Source: an uncultured archaeon (GTDB taxonomy: Archaea; Thermoplasmatota; Thermoplasmata; Thermoplasmatales; Thermoplasmataceae). Taken from it: a DNA stretch of 64,000 nucleotides. The translations under genes were made by a program, and so were the position numbers. The stretch is from the NCBI GenBank assembly GCA_000965745.1, contig CP009479.1, positions 448,001-512,000 on the forward strand, given 5' to 3'. This document shows, one piece after another, positions 1 to 9,994 of the stretch (its first letter is position 1; each line of letters begins with the position of its first letter). A model generated the notes under the pieces. It had not been told where the DNA came from. It was given only the letters and a program-made list of their open reading frames with translations, and searched no databases.

Positions 1-960
1 GCCAGCGCGGCACAGAACATAACTTATGCTTTCAGCAAGCCATACATCGCAACAGGTGTTGGGCTCCAGACTGCATACCTGAATGTGTCCACTGTGTTTG
101 GAACATACAAGAATGTAACATTCAGTGTTAACGTGACAGATACAACACCGCCGGTTCCGTCAATGAAGCTTACAAATGCAGCCGGATCTTCAATCTCACA
201 GCCTACTGCGGGAGCACCAACAGTATTCTCTGCAAATACGTCGACGGATCCATACTACGCGACCAGCCAGCTTACCTATAGCTGGGCAGTGAAATATCCA
301 AACGGAACTGCAGTGAAGAACGGCTCTTCAACATACAATGTAGTAGGCGGCTCAATGACTGGTTCATATGTGATGTTGAAGTTCAACACTCTAAGTACAA
401 TGGTAGTGTCGCTTAAGGCTACAAACCCATCCAATGTATCTGCTTACAACAACAAGACCGTCAACATGATAGTCAACACGCCAAGAATTGTCGTGAACAG
501 CATATACGTCAAGGACAACCTTACACAGGGCAGTCAGTCAACAATATACATAAACGTGTCAAACAATGGAACAGTGACAGCGAACGACTTCTCAATTGCA
601 ATACTCATAAATGGAAACCCGGTTGCTTCCCAGACATATGCAAGGAACCTGACTGTTGGCCAGAGCGCAAATGTGAGCTTCAACTACACTCCAACAACCT
701 CAGGCAAGGTAACACTGGTATTCCAGGCCAACAACTCATCAGAGCCTGCCTTCATGGCACCACTTGGGAGCTACACAACAACATTGACAATAAACGCACC
801 AGCATACAAGACTCCACTGATAATCGGCTCGATTATTGCTGTGATTGTAATAGTTGGTTTGGTTTACTACAGACTTAGTTCAGGGAAAACAACGAAGAAG
901 CCGAAACAGCAACCAAAGCCAAAGACAGAACTGAAGAAGCCGGCTGAAAAGAAGAAATAA
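1..960 (+). CDS. C-terminal part of a membrane-anchored surface glycoprotein (PKD/Ig-like and CARDB-like domains); 5' end lies outside the window
   Basis: Frame 1 is open from base 1 (ASAAQNITYAFSKPY...). Ser/Thr/Asn-rich with many N-x-S/T sequons, CARDB-like 'INVSNNGTVTA..F.IAILING', C-terminal TM helix (LIIGSIIAVIVIVGLVYY) and Lys-rich tail. Confidence 0.75.
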   Translation, partial: ASAAQNITYAFSKPYIATGVGLQTAYLNVSTVFGTYKNVTFSVNVTDTTPPVPSMKLTNAAGSSISQPTAGAPTVFSANTSTDPYYATSQLTYSWAVKYPNGTAVKNGSSTYNVVGGSMTGSYVMLKFNTLSTMVVSLKATNPSNVSAYNNKTVNMIVNTPRIVVNSIYVKDNLTQGSQSTIYINVSNNGTVTANDFSIAILINGNPVASQTYARNLTVGQSANVSFNYTPTTSGKVTLVFQANNSSEPAFMAPLGSYTTTLTINAPAYKTPLIIGSIIAVIVIVGLVYYRLSSGKTTKKPKQQPKPKTELKKPAEKKK

Positions 961-966
961 TTTTTT

Positions 967-2622
967 TTACATTTCTTCCAACAATTTTATTCCAATAATT
1001 TTGCAGGAATCCTGCAGTATATTTTTGTACATTTTTACAAGTTCAAGACGCCTGTTTCTGACATCGCTGTCTTCATCGAGAACAGTGCAGTTTGAATAGA
1101 AATCATTGAATTTCTTGACCAGGGACAGCGAATAGTTTGCGATTATATCGGGCCTCAAGGATTTTGTAGCCTGTATCAGGTGGTAAGGGTAGAAGTACAT
1201 CTGGCGCAGCAGATCTCCCTCGTATTTGTTGAATTCAATTGAAACAGGCTTCTGCGAGCCTTCAACCTTCCTGAGAATGCTTGATGCCCTTGCATATGAG
1301 TACATTATGAACGGTGCAGAATCTCCCTCGAAATTCAGGGCTTCTGACCATTTGAATATCATGGACTTGTTTGCGCCCACACGAATTATGTTGAACCGTA
1401 TTGATGAGGCTGCTACTGCTTCCGATATTGATTTAAGAGTTTCTTCCTCAAGGTCTGGCCTTTTTTCTTTTACAATGTCGTATGATTCTTCATTCATTCT
1501 TTCAATCAGGCCTGGGAGAGATACAACGTTACCTTTCCTTGTGGACATCTTCCCCGATTCAAGCCTCACGAACCCGTAGTATGTGATGTCGATTCTGTTC
1601 TCAATGTCAAGCATGTTCCTGAGCACGTATTGCAGCGATGTCCCATGAAGCTTATGGTCCTCGCCCAGTATGTTTACAAGCCAGTCATAGTTCTGAAGCT
1701 TGTAGAGATGATAAGCAATATCCCTCGCAAAATATAGTGAGGTGCCATCCCTCCTTTTGAGAAAGATCTTCCTTTCGTTTGGAAGTTCAACGTACAATGC
1801 GCCATCCTCGTCCTTGAGGTGCTCTTCCATTCCCTCTAGAATATGATCTATCTCCCCGCTTCTTATGAAATCGGACTCGAATGTGTAATCGTTGTGCTCT
1901 ATGCCAATGTCCTTGAGTGATTTTTTTATTCCTTCCAGCATGATTGACGCAATCTCATGTATCTCGTCTATCAGTTCGTTGTCTCCCTTCTCATACCTTT
2001 CGGTCAGGGACTTGATTGAGTCTTCTATGCCTGGGTCTTCCCTGACCTTCGTGTAGATCTCCCTGTAACCTTCCAGCAGTGCGTTCTCGTTCAGTTCCTT
2101 TGAGAAACGCTTGTGCCCCTCGTACAGGAAAAGCATCTGCTTTCCGGAATCGTTTATAAAATACTGGGTTGTAACGCGGTATCCGTATCTCTCAAGGAGC
2201 CTGGCAGTTGAATCGCCAATTATGGAATTGCGTGCCCTTCCCACATGCAGCGGCCCGGTTGGATTTGCGCTGGTATGTTCAACCGACACCCTTTCCGGGT
2301 CCTGGAAAATGTCAGGGTACTGTCCCTTGACCTGAAGAGATTCTTCTATCTCTTTGAAATAGGTCTCCGGCTTGATTGAAAAATTGACGTAATTGCCCAC
2401 TCTGGCAATGCCGCCTATGAATTCCAGCCCATTGAGGGCGTTTCTGATCCTGTCGTACAATTCTTCGGGAGATTTGTTGTACTGTTTGGATATTCGAAAC
2501 AGCATCAGGGAAAAATCAGCATGTCCGGATTTGTCTATGTCAATATCCCTTTTCTCCAATCCAGGGACAGCCTGTTTCGCTGCCTCGAATATTTTCTCCA
2601 TGAGATCGTTGAACAGGAGCAT
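967..2622 (-). CDS. argS: Arginine--tRNA ligase
   Basis: VEHTSANPTGPLHVGRARN (HIGH motif), KMSTRKG, FEGDSAPFIMYSYARASSILRK (DALR domain); 551 aa. Confidence 0.97.
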   Translation of the reverse strand: MLLFNDLMEKIFEAAKQAVPGLEKRDIDIDKSGHADFSLMLFRISKQYNKSPEELYDRIRNALNGLEFIGGIARVGNYVNFSIKPETYFKEIEESLQVKGQYPDIFQDPERVSVEHTSANPTGPLHVGRARNSIIGDSTARLLERYGYRVTTQYFINDSGKQMLFLYEGHKRFSKELNENALLEGYREIYTKVREDPGIEDSIKSLTERYEKGDNELIDEIHEIASIMLEGIKKSLKDIGIEHNDYTFESDFIRSGEIDHILEGMEEHLKDEDGALYVELPNERKIFLKRRDGTSLYFARDIAYHLYKLQNYDWLVNILGEDHKLHGTSLQYVLRNMLDIENRIDITYYGFVRLESGKMSTRKGNVVSLPGLIERMNEESYDIVKEKRPDLEEETLKSISEAVAASSIRFNIIRVGANKSMIFKWSEALNFEGDSAPFIMYSYARASSILRKVEGSQKPVSIEFNKYEGDLLRQMYFYPYHLIQATKSLRPDIIANYSLSLVKKFNDFYSNCTVLDEDSDVRNRRLELVKMYKNILQDSCKIIGIKLLEEM

Positions 2623-2667
2623 GAGAAACGATTGTCACAGCGTATAAAACCGTTTGCTGAAACAAAA

Positions 2668-3951
2668 TCAGGAAACAGGCTCGATTCTTATTGTTGCGCC
2701 GACCCTCTTCAGGTCATTGAGAAAAGAAGGGTAACTCTTATTGATCCTCTCCACATTTTCATACTCAATTTCATAACCCGAAGCCAGACCGGCAACTATC
2801 GCGCTCATGACCATCCTGTGATCGCTGAACGAGAGTTTTTCAGGGTTGAGTATCTCCTGGCCCCTCCGGATGGTGAGATAATCCTCTCCCTTTTCTATTC
2901 TCGCGCCGAAGCTCTCAGCAAGCCTTATGATCTCACTGTACCGATCAGTTTCCTTAATGCTCAGGCGAGACGGGTTCCTTATCGTAACTCCATCCTTTGA
3001 GAATATTCCAAGGACTGAAACCGGAGGTGCTAGATCGGGAGTAATATCTGCGTCTATTTCCACATGCATCACATAGCTCTTGATTGACCTTGCTATGATC
3101 TTGCTTTCTGAAAAGACAACCGATATGCCTTCGCTTGAAGTCTTGAGCGTATCAACTATTACAGCATCCGCCTGAAGCGAATTATCCGGAAGCCCTTCGA
3201 TGCTGATGCCCTCATCGGATGCAAGAGCGCCCAGAATGAGGAAGAATGCAGCCGATGAATAATCACGCTCAACGTAAAGGTCCTTGACGGGCTCTGCGTT
3301 TGTTCTTGCCACGGTGAAGATGTCGTTTTCACGGTTCACGTCGAATCCCATTGTTTTAAGGCATGAGACTGTGATATCAACGTAGCCCTCTGATGACTTT
3401 GTGCCCCTGACCTCAAGCTTCTTTCCCTCATTGTTGCAGAATGCGAGAAAAAGGAGCAGGGAACTGACATACTGGGAGCTCCTGGTCTGGTCAACCCTGA
3501 CGTCACCGATTTCAATTTCACTTGCGTCGAGATTGATGAAGCCATCCTCCTTCACGGTTATTCTTGCGCCAAGTTCCCTCAGTGCATCTAAGAGCTCGTT
3601 TATGGGCCTCCTGGCAAGTTCCGGCCTTCCGATGAATTCCGTTCTGCACTTCTTTGCTGCCAGCATTCCGACACTGATGCGGTATGAAGTGGCCGACTCC
3701 CCGACGTCCACATATTTTGGGCATCTGAAATCAGGCTCTATCTTGACAGTATCCCCATCGAAGGTGATGGCAGCGCCTGAGCTTCTTACTATTCCAAGGG
3801 CAACCTGCTCATCTTCTGAAAAATAAACTCCGTGCACTGTTACGGGCGAGTTTCCCATGCCGGCCATGAGGATGTATCGCTGTGAATAGCTCTTGGAACC
3901 GGGAGCGCGCAGTGTACCTGTTAAATGTTCACGGAAAATCTTGGCATTCAT
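2668..3951 (-). CDS. aroA: EPSP synthase (3-phosphoshikimate 1-carboxyvinyltransferase)
   Basis: PGSKS, SSQ, DYSSA, KETDR, DHRM and KSYP motifs; lies in the aro cluster. Confidence 0.95.
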   Translation of the reverse strand: MNAKIFREHLTGTLRAPGSKSYSQRYILMAGMGNSPVTVHGVYFSEDEQVALGIVRSSGAAITFDGDTVKIEPDFRCPKYVDVGESATSYRISVGMLAAKKCRTEFIGRPELARRPINELLDALRELGARITVKEDGFINLDASEIEIGDVRVDQTRSSQYVSSLLLFLAFCNNEGKKLEVRGTKSSEGYVDITVSCLKTMGFDVNRENDIFTVARTNAEPVKDLYVERDYSSAAFFLILGALASDEGISIEGLPDNSLQADAVIVDTLKTSSEGISVVFSESKIIARSIKSYVMHVEIDADITPDLAPPVSVLGIFSKDGVTIRNPSRLSIKETDRYSEIIRLAESFGARIEKGEDYLTIRRGQEILNPEKLSFSDHRMVMSAIVAGLASGYEIEYENVERINKSYPSFLNDLKRVGATIRIEPVS

Positions 3952-4040
3952 CTGACTGTTTACAACATTATCACATTACTATTTAATTCTGTCAATTCTT
4001 CCCGTCACCGGATAGCTACAATTCGGCCGGGCCGCACAAA

Positions 4041-4880
4041 TCATAACTCCGTGACCATGCTCTCCCTGCCGGAGAAGAGAGACTTCCTGTACTTCACCCC
4101 GAAGAATTTTGTGAGCCCTTTGCCTGCAGAAAGCAATTCCTCTTCGTTGTCGAATATGCCGAAAACCGCGGGCCCTTTCCCGCATTGTGCCGAATACAAC
4201 GCGCCTGATGAGAGCAGATACCTGATCAGGTCACTGTTCTGCCCGTAAATGTATCCCAGAAGGTTCCCGTTTAGGGTCATGGCCTCGTAGAACTTTCTTT
4301 CCTTTATGAGGTCCTGTATTATCTCAGCGTGCCTGGAAAATCTCTTCATGTCGCTCAGATCCACCGATGAGCTTGCTCTTCTTGCCTTGTTGAACGCCAC
4401 TATCACCGGCTTCCCGTCAACTTTCTCCCGGAATATGAGGTTTCTTTCGGTGTTGTTGGTGAAGCATGCGCCACCATAGTAGGAGGAACAGAGATCGTCA
4501 TATGCCCCGGTTGACGATGTGCCGTTGCCGATCGAGAGCTCCGCACTCAAATCCAGCAATTGCTTTTCGCCCATAGATATACCGTTAAGTTTCAGGAATC
4601 CCAGAGTCAGGGACAGTGTGAGAGCGCTGCTGCTCTTGAGCCCCTTGCCCCTGGGAATTGCCTTTGAGACTGTTACTTTGAAGCAGTCCTGCACATCAAA
4701 CCTCTTCTTCAGTAGGTCCAGTGTTTCCGAGATTGTTCCCTGGTTTGAGGCTGGAGTGCTGTCGGATCTGGAAATTGTCAGTTCGATCGGGAGATCGAGT
4801 GCAACGGATGACCCGAATCCAGTGAAGAAAGCAGAAAGAGCTGATATTCCCCCATTGGAGATTACTTTCACCTTATCCAT
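4041..4880 (-). CDS. aroK: Archaeal shikimate kinase (GHMP family)
   Basis: IPRGKGLKSSSA GHMP motif, TGAYDD, GKGPA; overlaps the aroE stop. Confidence 0.9.
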   Translation of the reverse strand: MDKVKVISNGGISALSAFFTGFGSSVALDLPIELTISRSDSTPASNQGTISETLDLLKKRFDVQDCFKVTVSKAIPRGKGLKSSSALTLSLTLGFLKLNGISMGEKQLLDLSAELSIGNGTSSTGAYDDLCSSYYGGACFTNNTERNLIFREKVDGKPVIVAFNKARRASSSVDLSDMKRFSRHAEIIQDLIKERKFYEAMTLNGNLLGYIYGQNSDLIRYLLSSGALYSAQCGKGPAVFGIFDNEEELLSAGKGLTKFFGVKYRKSLFSGRESMVTEL

Positions 4881-5712
4881 TTACGATGCTCTCCCTGATT
4901 GCTATATCTGCAGTGCTTCTGAACAGTTCCTCATCTACAGATCTGCCAAAGAATAGCTTTAGAGACTCGTATCCCTGGTCTATGAAGAAACCGTCTCCAC
5001 TGACCGCCTTCTTCCCGAGTTCCCTGAGCCTTTTTATGAACAGGGTATCAACCGGGTTGTACACAAGGTCTATGCCTGCCTGGCAGTTGAGAATGGCTGA
5101 CTCTATGAATGGGGACTCGCCCGTCTCAGGCCACATTCCTGAAGGTGAGCAGTTGATCAGTATGTCGAAGCTGTCCCTTTGAGACATTTCCTTTGTGCTG
5201 AGGATTTCGTAGCCTTTTTCGAGCACGTATGAAGGAAGTTTTACCGCGGCTGCATCAGGGTTCCGGGAGAAGATTGTGACCTCAGCCTCCGGGTGGCGCC
5301 TGGCCATATAATAAAGAACGGTTCTTGACACACCTCCTGTTCCAGCCACCGCAATGCTGGAATTTTCGAAGTTGAGCCCTCTTCCTGAGCCAAGCTTCTC
5401 CATTGCCAGGTAATCGGTATTGTAGCCCCGGGACTTCCCGTCACAATTTCTTACAAGATTTACCGCGCCAATTTCAGAAGCTGCAGGATCCATGCTGTCC
5501 AGGTACTTCATTATCTGTACCTTGTGCGGTATAGTGACGTTGTAGCCTGAGAAATTTTCCTTTGACAGTTTAACAAATCTCTCCAGGTTTTCAGTCATAA
5601 CGTCAATTGAGAGGTACATGCTCTCAATCCCGGAGGATGAATAGAACCTGTTATAGACTGTCTGGCCGATTGAGTGTGATACCGGCCTGCCGATAAGACC
5701 TGTGAGCAGCAT
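4873..5712 (-). CDS. aroE: Shikimate dehydrogenase
   Basis: LIGRPVSHS, GYNVTIPHK, IGAVN, GYNTD, GTGG, DLVYNP. Confidence 0.95.
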   Translation of the reverse strand: MLLTGLIGRPVSHSIGQTVYNRFYSSSGIESMYLSIDVMTENLERFVKLSKENFSGYNVTIPHKVQIMKYLDSMDPAASEIGAVNLVRNCDGKSRGYNTDYLAMEKLGSGRGLNFENSSIAVAGTGGVSRTVLYYMARRHPEAEVTIFSRNPDAAAVKLPSYVLEKGYEILSTKEMSQRDSFDILINCSPSGMWPETGESPFIESAILNCQAGIDLVYNPVDTLFIKRLRELGKKAVSGDGFFIDQGYESLKLFFGRSVDEELFRSTADIAIRESIVNG

Positions 5713-5724
5713 GCAGTATGGTAT

Positions 5725-6828
5725 TCAGTTCCCTAAATTATAACTGTCTGTGAAGGACTTCATGTATGAGAAGATATCCTTGACTGAAGCGCGTATTTTC
5801 TGCGATTTTCCGATCTCCTCAGGTATAACCATGCTCACGTGCCCGTCTGAGGCCTTCTTGTCGTTTGAAATGTACTTGATCATGTTCTGGAGGCCGAGTG
5901 AGTTCAGAGGTGCCAGGCTTATTGAAAACTTTCCAATCACTTCCTGTATTTTCAGCCTCACTTCCCTGCCTGTTATTCCCATCTTCTCCCCAATGTATGC
6001 CTCCGCGAGCATGCCTGTGGCCACTGCGTTTCCGTGTGTCACCTCATTCTTTGAGGCTGATTCTATGCCGTGTGCGATTGTGTGCCCAAAATTGAGCACG
6101 TTGCGTTCTCCTTTCTCGTCGTAATAGTCGCTTGCAACTATATCCCCCTTTGTCCTGATGCATTTCGATATTATCCTGGTGAGGGAGTCTCCGTTCATCA
6201 GGTCATGTATGTCCATCTGGGAATCAAGCATGCTCATTATTGTGTGGTCGCAGACAGCCCCGTACTTTATGATCTCGGATATTCCGTCCCTTACTATGGA
6301 AAGATCAAGCTTTCTGAGAAAGCGGGTATCTGCGAGTATCATCCTTGGGTTGTAGAAGCTCCCTATGACATTCTTCACGCCAGAGAAGTTGATGCCATTC
6401 TTGCCTCCAACGGCGCTGTCCACCTGGGCAAGAAGTGTTGTCGGGAGGGCGATCATGTCAATCCCGCGCTTGTATGTTGATGCAATGTATCCGGCGAGGT
6501 CTCCAACCGTTCCCCCGCCTGCATAGATAAGAAGGCTGCGCCTGCTTACCTGCCTCTCCACGAGAACTCTCATGATCTTCTGGTAGTTTCTGATGTTCTT
6601 CAGCGATTCGCCATCAACAAGTGATATTTTTGTGACGTCTCCGCGGACGGAGTTCAGTTTAGGGATGATGTCCTGATATTTCTGCTCGACGTTTTTGCTT
6701 ACCATAAAAACAATTTCACTGTACTTGTCCACCTCGGACATTAAGTGATCAACTGCTCCTTCACCGACTACGACAGGAATTTCATCGTTATCAATCTGGA
6801 GTGTTATTCTCTCATTTGTGCTTTGTAT
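5725..6828 (-). CDS. aroB: 3-dehydroquinate synthase (type I); start uncertain, extended to an in-frame ATA at 6828 (first in-frame ATG is 6741)
   Basis: GGGTVGDLAG, PTTLLAQVDSAVGGKNG, LNFGHTIAHGIE, HGNAV, NDKK. The frame upstream of 6741 encodes ERITLQIDNDEIPVVVGEGAV, resembling the normal DHQS N-terminus. Confidence 0.93.
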   Translation of the reverse strand: MQSTNERITLQIDNDEIPVVVGEGAVDHLMSEVDKYSEIVFMVSKNVEQKYQDIIPKLNSVRGDVTKISLVDGESLKNIRNYQKIMRVLVERQVSRRSLLIYAGGGTVGDLAGYIASTYKRGIDMIALPTTLLAQVDSAVGGKNGINFSGVKNVIGSFYNPRMILADTRFLRKLDLSIVRDGISEIIKYGAVCDHTIMSMLDSQMDIHDLMNGDSLTRIISKCIRTKGDIVASDYYDEKGERNVLNFGHTIAHGIESASKNEVTHGNAVATGMLAEAYIGEKMGITGREVRLKIQEVIGKFSISLAPLNSLGLQNMIKYISNDKKASDGHVSMVIPEEIGKSQKIRASVKDIFSYMKSFTDSYNLGN

Positions 6829-7062
6829 CTAGACTCACCGTCCATATAATTGACCATTAAATATATAACTTTGTTGATAGAGATTGCGGAAATCTACCTT
6901 GTGTCAGGATAAAAGACATATTCTGCACTCCTCTATTAACATTAGGTCAGCTGATGCCTTCAGGCTCATTCCTTCAGGTAGCTGAAAACGGGCTACATAC
7001 ATAATTTCCCGCATACGAATATTCAAATACAAAGCCTCGATCAAACCGAACGTGGGAGACTC

Positions 7063-8922
7063 ATGGGCTTCAAAGGGTTGCTGAGGCTCGAAGACGTAGA
7101 GGTCGACGGCTACAGTAAGATAGGAAATCATGGACTTATTGCGAACAACAGAACAGCGGCTCTTGTCAGCATGAATGGGACGATAGACTGGGCCTGCCTT
7201 CCCAATTTCAACTCCAATCCAGTTTTCAGCTCGATCCTTGACAGAAACAGGGGTGGGTATTTTTCAATCTCTCCCGCCGAGAAAGAGGATGTTTTTGTGC
7301 ACCAGACGTACAAGGAGTACACCAATATCCTGATTACTGAATTCATCAGGAATAACAAGACCATATTGAGGCTGACTGACTTTCTCCCCACTACAGAATA
7401 TCCAACCATCAGTTTCCCCGAGATCCACAGATATGTCGAAGCCCTTTCAGAGGATATTGATATTTCCCTGAGATTCAAGCCGATCCTCGACGCCGGAAAG
7501 GAGAAGCCCCATATTGACAGGAGAAAATTCGGTTACATCTACAGCACAAGGGAATCAAATATAGGGATTGTAAGCGAGTTCAAGCTCAACAACAGCGATG
7601 GCACCATATCGGGAGACCTCAAGCTCGACAAGAGGTCCTCAAACTGGGTAGTTGCATTGTATGGCATAACCCACCTCGATCGTATTACTGACTACAAGTC
7701 CTATGAAAGGCTTGAGGATACTTTTGAATACTGGCTGAAATGGAGCGGGCAGAATACGTACAGAGGGACTTACCAGAGCGATGTCATCAGGTCCGCGCTT
7801 ACGCTGAAGGCGCTTTTCTATGAGCCAACCGGGCTTATGGTCGCTGCACCCACCGCCAGCCTTCCTGAATGCATTGGCGGAGAGAGGAACTGGGACTACA
7901 GGTTCACCTGGATCCGTGATACTTCCTACGTGATTGAGGCTCTCGCGATGCTTGGGTACAAGCGTGAGGCCACGAAGTTCCTCTACGATATCATGGAAAT
8001 AATCTCCAGGGAGAAGAAGGTCAGGACAATATACACCATAAACGATTACGGCGATGTTGATGAGTTTGAGGCGGATTTTGAAGGCCACAGGGGTTCCAGG
8101 CCGGTACGGTTTGGCAACAAGGCTTCAGATCAGCTTCAGATAGACCAGTTCGGTTCCATCATAAATGCAATATATGCCCTCCATGAGGTGGGTGGAATAA
8201 TAAATTCATACCTCTGGGATTTTGTTGAGGAGACCCTTGAAAATATAGGCCATACCTGGAAGTACCCTGATTCCAGCATATGGGAGTTCAGGACAGAGCC
8301 GAGGCATTATGTTTACTCGAAATTAATGTGCTGGGTGGCTTTCACGAGGGCTATCGACATAGGAAGAGATCAGGGTTTTTCGGGTCCATACAGGAAATGG
8401 CAGGAAATTGCCGACGAGATAAAGAATGACATTATAGAGAAAGGGTTTGACAAAAAACTGAACTCCTTTACACAGTATTATGGCAGCCCCGGAACGGATT
8501 CTGCCCTTCTCAGGCTTCCCCAGCTTGGATTTCTTCCCGGAAATGACAGCAGGGTAAAGGGAACCATAGAGAGAATCGAGAAGGAACTCATGACCCCAGA
8601 TTACCTGTTCAAGCGGTATCTTGAAGATGACGGGCTGGACGGGCGTGATAACGCCTTCCTGCTCCTGTCGTTCTGGTATGTTGAGGATCTGATTCTGATG
8701 AGGAAGCTGGCAAAGGCTAAGGAAGTATACGATTCCCTTCTCGACAGATCAAACCACCTCGCCCTGTTTGCGGAAGAGATAGACTTTGAGAATGGTGATC
8801 TCATAGGAAACTTCCCGCAGGCGATAACACATCTCGGGGTCATAAGGGCGGCCAAGAAGCTTACCGATGAGGTTAAGGAAATTTCAAGGAACGGGCAGAC
8901 AATAAAGCATTATTCCCTCTGA
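7063..8922 (+). CDS. GH15 glycoside hydrolase (trehalase/glucoamylase-like)
   Basis: GTIDWACLPNFNS N-terminal domain, AAPTASLPE, RNWDYRFTWIRD, QIDQFG, IWEFR, FAEE, GNFPQAITH. Confidence 0.9.
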   Translation: MGFKGLLRLEDVEVDGYSKIGNHGLIANNRTAALVSMNGTIDWACLPNFNSNPVFSSILDRNRGGYFSISPAEKEDVFVHQTYKEYTNILITEFIRNNKTILRLTDFLPTTEYPTISFPEIHRYVEALSEDIDISLRFKPILDAGKEKPHIDRRKFGYIYSTRESNIGIVSEFKLNNSDGTISGDLKLDKRSSNWVVALYGITHLDRITDYKSYERLEDTFEYWLKWSGQNTYRGTYQSDVIRSALTLKALFYEPTGLMVAAPTASLPECIGGERNWDYRFTWIRDTSYVIEALAMLGYKREATKFLYDIMEIISREKKVRTIYTINDYGDVDEFEADFEGHRGSRPVRFGNKASDQLQIDQFGSIINAIYALHEVGGIINSYLWDFVEETLENIGHTWKYPDSSIWEFRTEPRHYVYSKLMCWVAFTRAIDIGRDQGFSGPYRKWQEIADEIKNDIIEKGFDKKLNSFTQYYGSPGTDSALLRLPQLGFLPGNDSRVKGTIERIEKELMTPDYLFKRYLEDDGLDGRDNAFLLLSFWYVEDLILMRKLAKAKEVYDSLLDRSNHLALFAEEIDFENGDLIGNFPQAITHLGVIRAAKKLTDEVKEISRNGQTIKHYSL

Positions 8923-8940
8923 AAAAGCATATCCGCAATA

Positions 8941-9987
8941 TTATTCAATGCCATTCAACCTGCCAACCTGTTCCCCTTCGGAGTTAAACACGTAAATATC
9001 TGAGGGATTCACGTAAAGCTCAATTTCCTCCCCCTCGACCAGTTTTTCTGCGTTGGTGTACATGGTGAAGAAATAGATATACTCTCCACTTAGGCTAACT
9101 TGTGTCAATATGTCGTTTCCAAGCATGTTTACACCTGCAATAGTGCCCTTAAAGGAAACATCCCCATCATCGTTTGTTATATGAATAGGCCTAGGCCTGA
9201 TTCCAACATAGCAGTTTTCTTTCACATTGAGTGCCTTCAGAACTTCATCGGAATGGATTATGTTCATGGCAGGTGTGCCAAGGAATGATGCGATGAAATC
9301 GTTGGAGGGCTCATGGAACAGTTCTACCGGGGTTCCCGTCTGCATTATATCTCCCCTGTTCATCACAGCGATCCGGTCGCCTAGCGTCATAGCTTCGATC
9401 TGGTCGTGGGTAACATATATCGTGGTAACTCCTGTTTCTTTGTGAATCCGCTTGAGTTCAAACCTTACAATATCTCTCAGCTTCGCGTCCAGGTTGCTAA
9501 GCGGCTCATCCATCAGCAGCAATTTGGGCTCTTTTACAAGCGCCCTTGCCATTGCAACCCTTTGCCTTTCCCCCCCGGATATGTTTGAGGGTTTCTTCTT
9601 CAGCAGGTGATCTATACGGAGAAGCTGAGCAGTTTCCCTCACTTTCTTGATAATGTACTTATTTTTCTTGTGTGCAACCCTCAGAGGAAATGCTATGTTC
9701 TCGAATACAGTCTTGTGCGGATACAGTGCATAATCCTGGAAAACCATTGCAATCCCCCTCCTGCTCGGGGATATGTCGTTGACTACTTTCCCGTCCATCA
9801 TGACCTTACCTGATGTTGGGTCAAGAAGGCCGGCTATTATCCTCAGTGTCGTTGTCTTCCCGCACCCTGATGGCCCGAGAAATACAAAGAATTCTCCATC
9901 TTCTATATTCAGGTCTATGCCCTTGAGTATATCCTGGTTTCCAGCTGTAAATCTCAGCTTATCAAGTTCCAGTTTTGACATGTTCAA
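8941..9987 (-). CDS. Sugar ABC transporter ATP-binding protein (MalK-like)
   Basis: GPSGCGKTT, VFQDYALYPH, ISGGERQR, LLMDEPLSNLDAKLR, YVTHDQ. Confidence 0.95.
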   Translation of the reverse strand: MNMSKLELDKLRFTAGNQDILKGIDLNIEDGEFFVFLGPSGCGKTTTLRIIAGLLDPTSGKVMMDGKVVNDISPSRRGIAMVFQDYALYPHKTVFENIAFPLRVAHKKNKYIIKKVRETAQLLRIDHLLKKKPSNISGGERQRVAMARALVKEPKLLLMDEPLSNLDAKLRDIVRFELKRIHKETGVTTIYVTHDQIEAMTLGDRIAVMNRGDIMQTGTPVELFHEPSNDFIASFLGTPAMNIIHSDEVLKALNVKENCYVGIRPRPIHITNDDGDVSFKGTIAGVNMLGNDILTQVSLSGEYIYFFTMYTNAEKLVEGEEIELYVNPSDIYVFNSEGEQVGRLNGIE

Positions 9988-9994
9988 TATTCAC

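Noticed and set aside
2668-6828. Mixed bacterial-type aroB and archaeal-type aroK as a novelty
   Set aside because: This combination is already known in several archaeal lineages; absent aroC/aroD are probably elsewhere in the genome.
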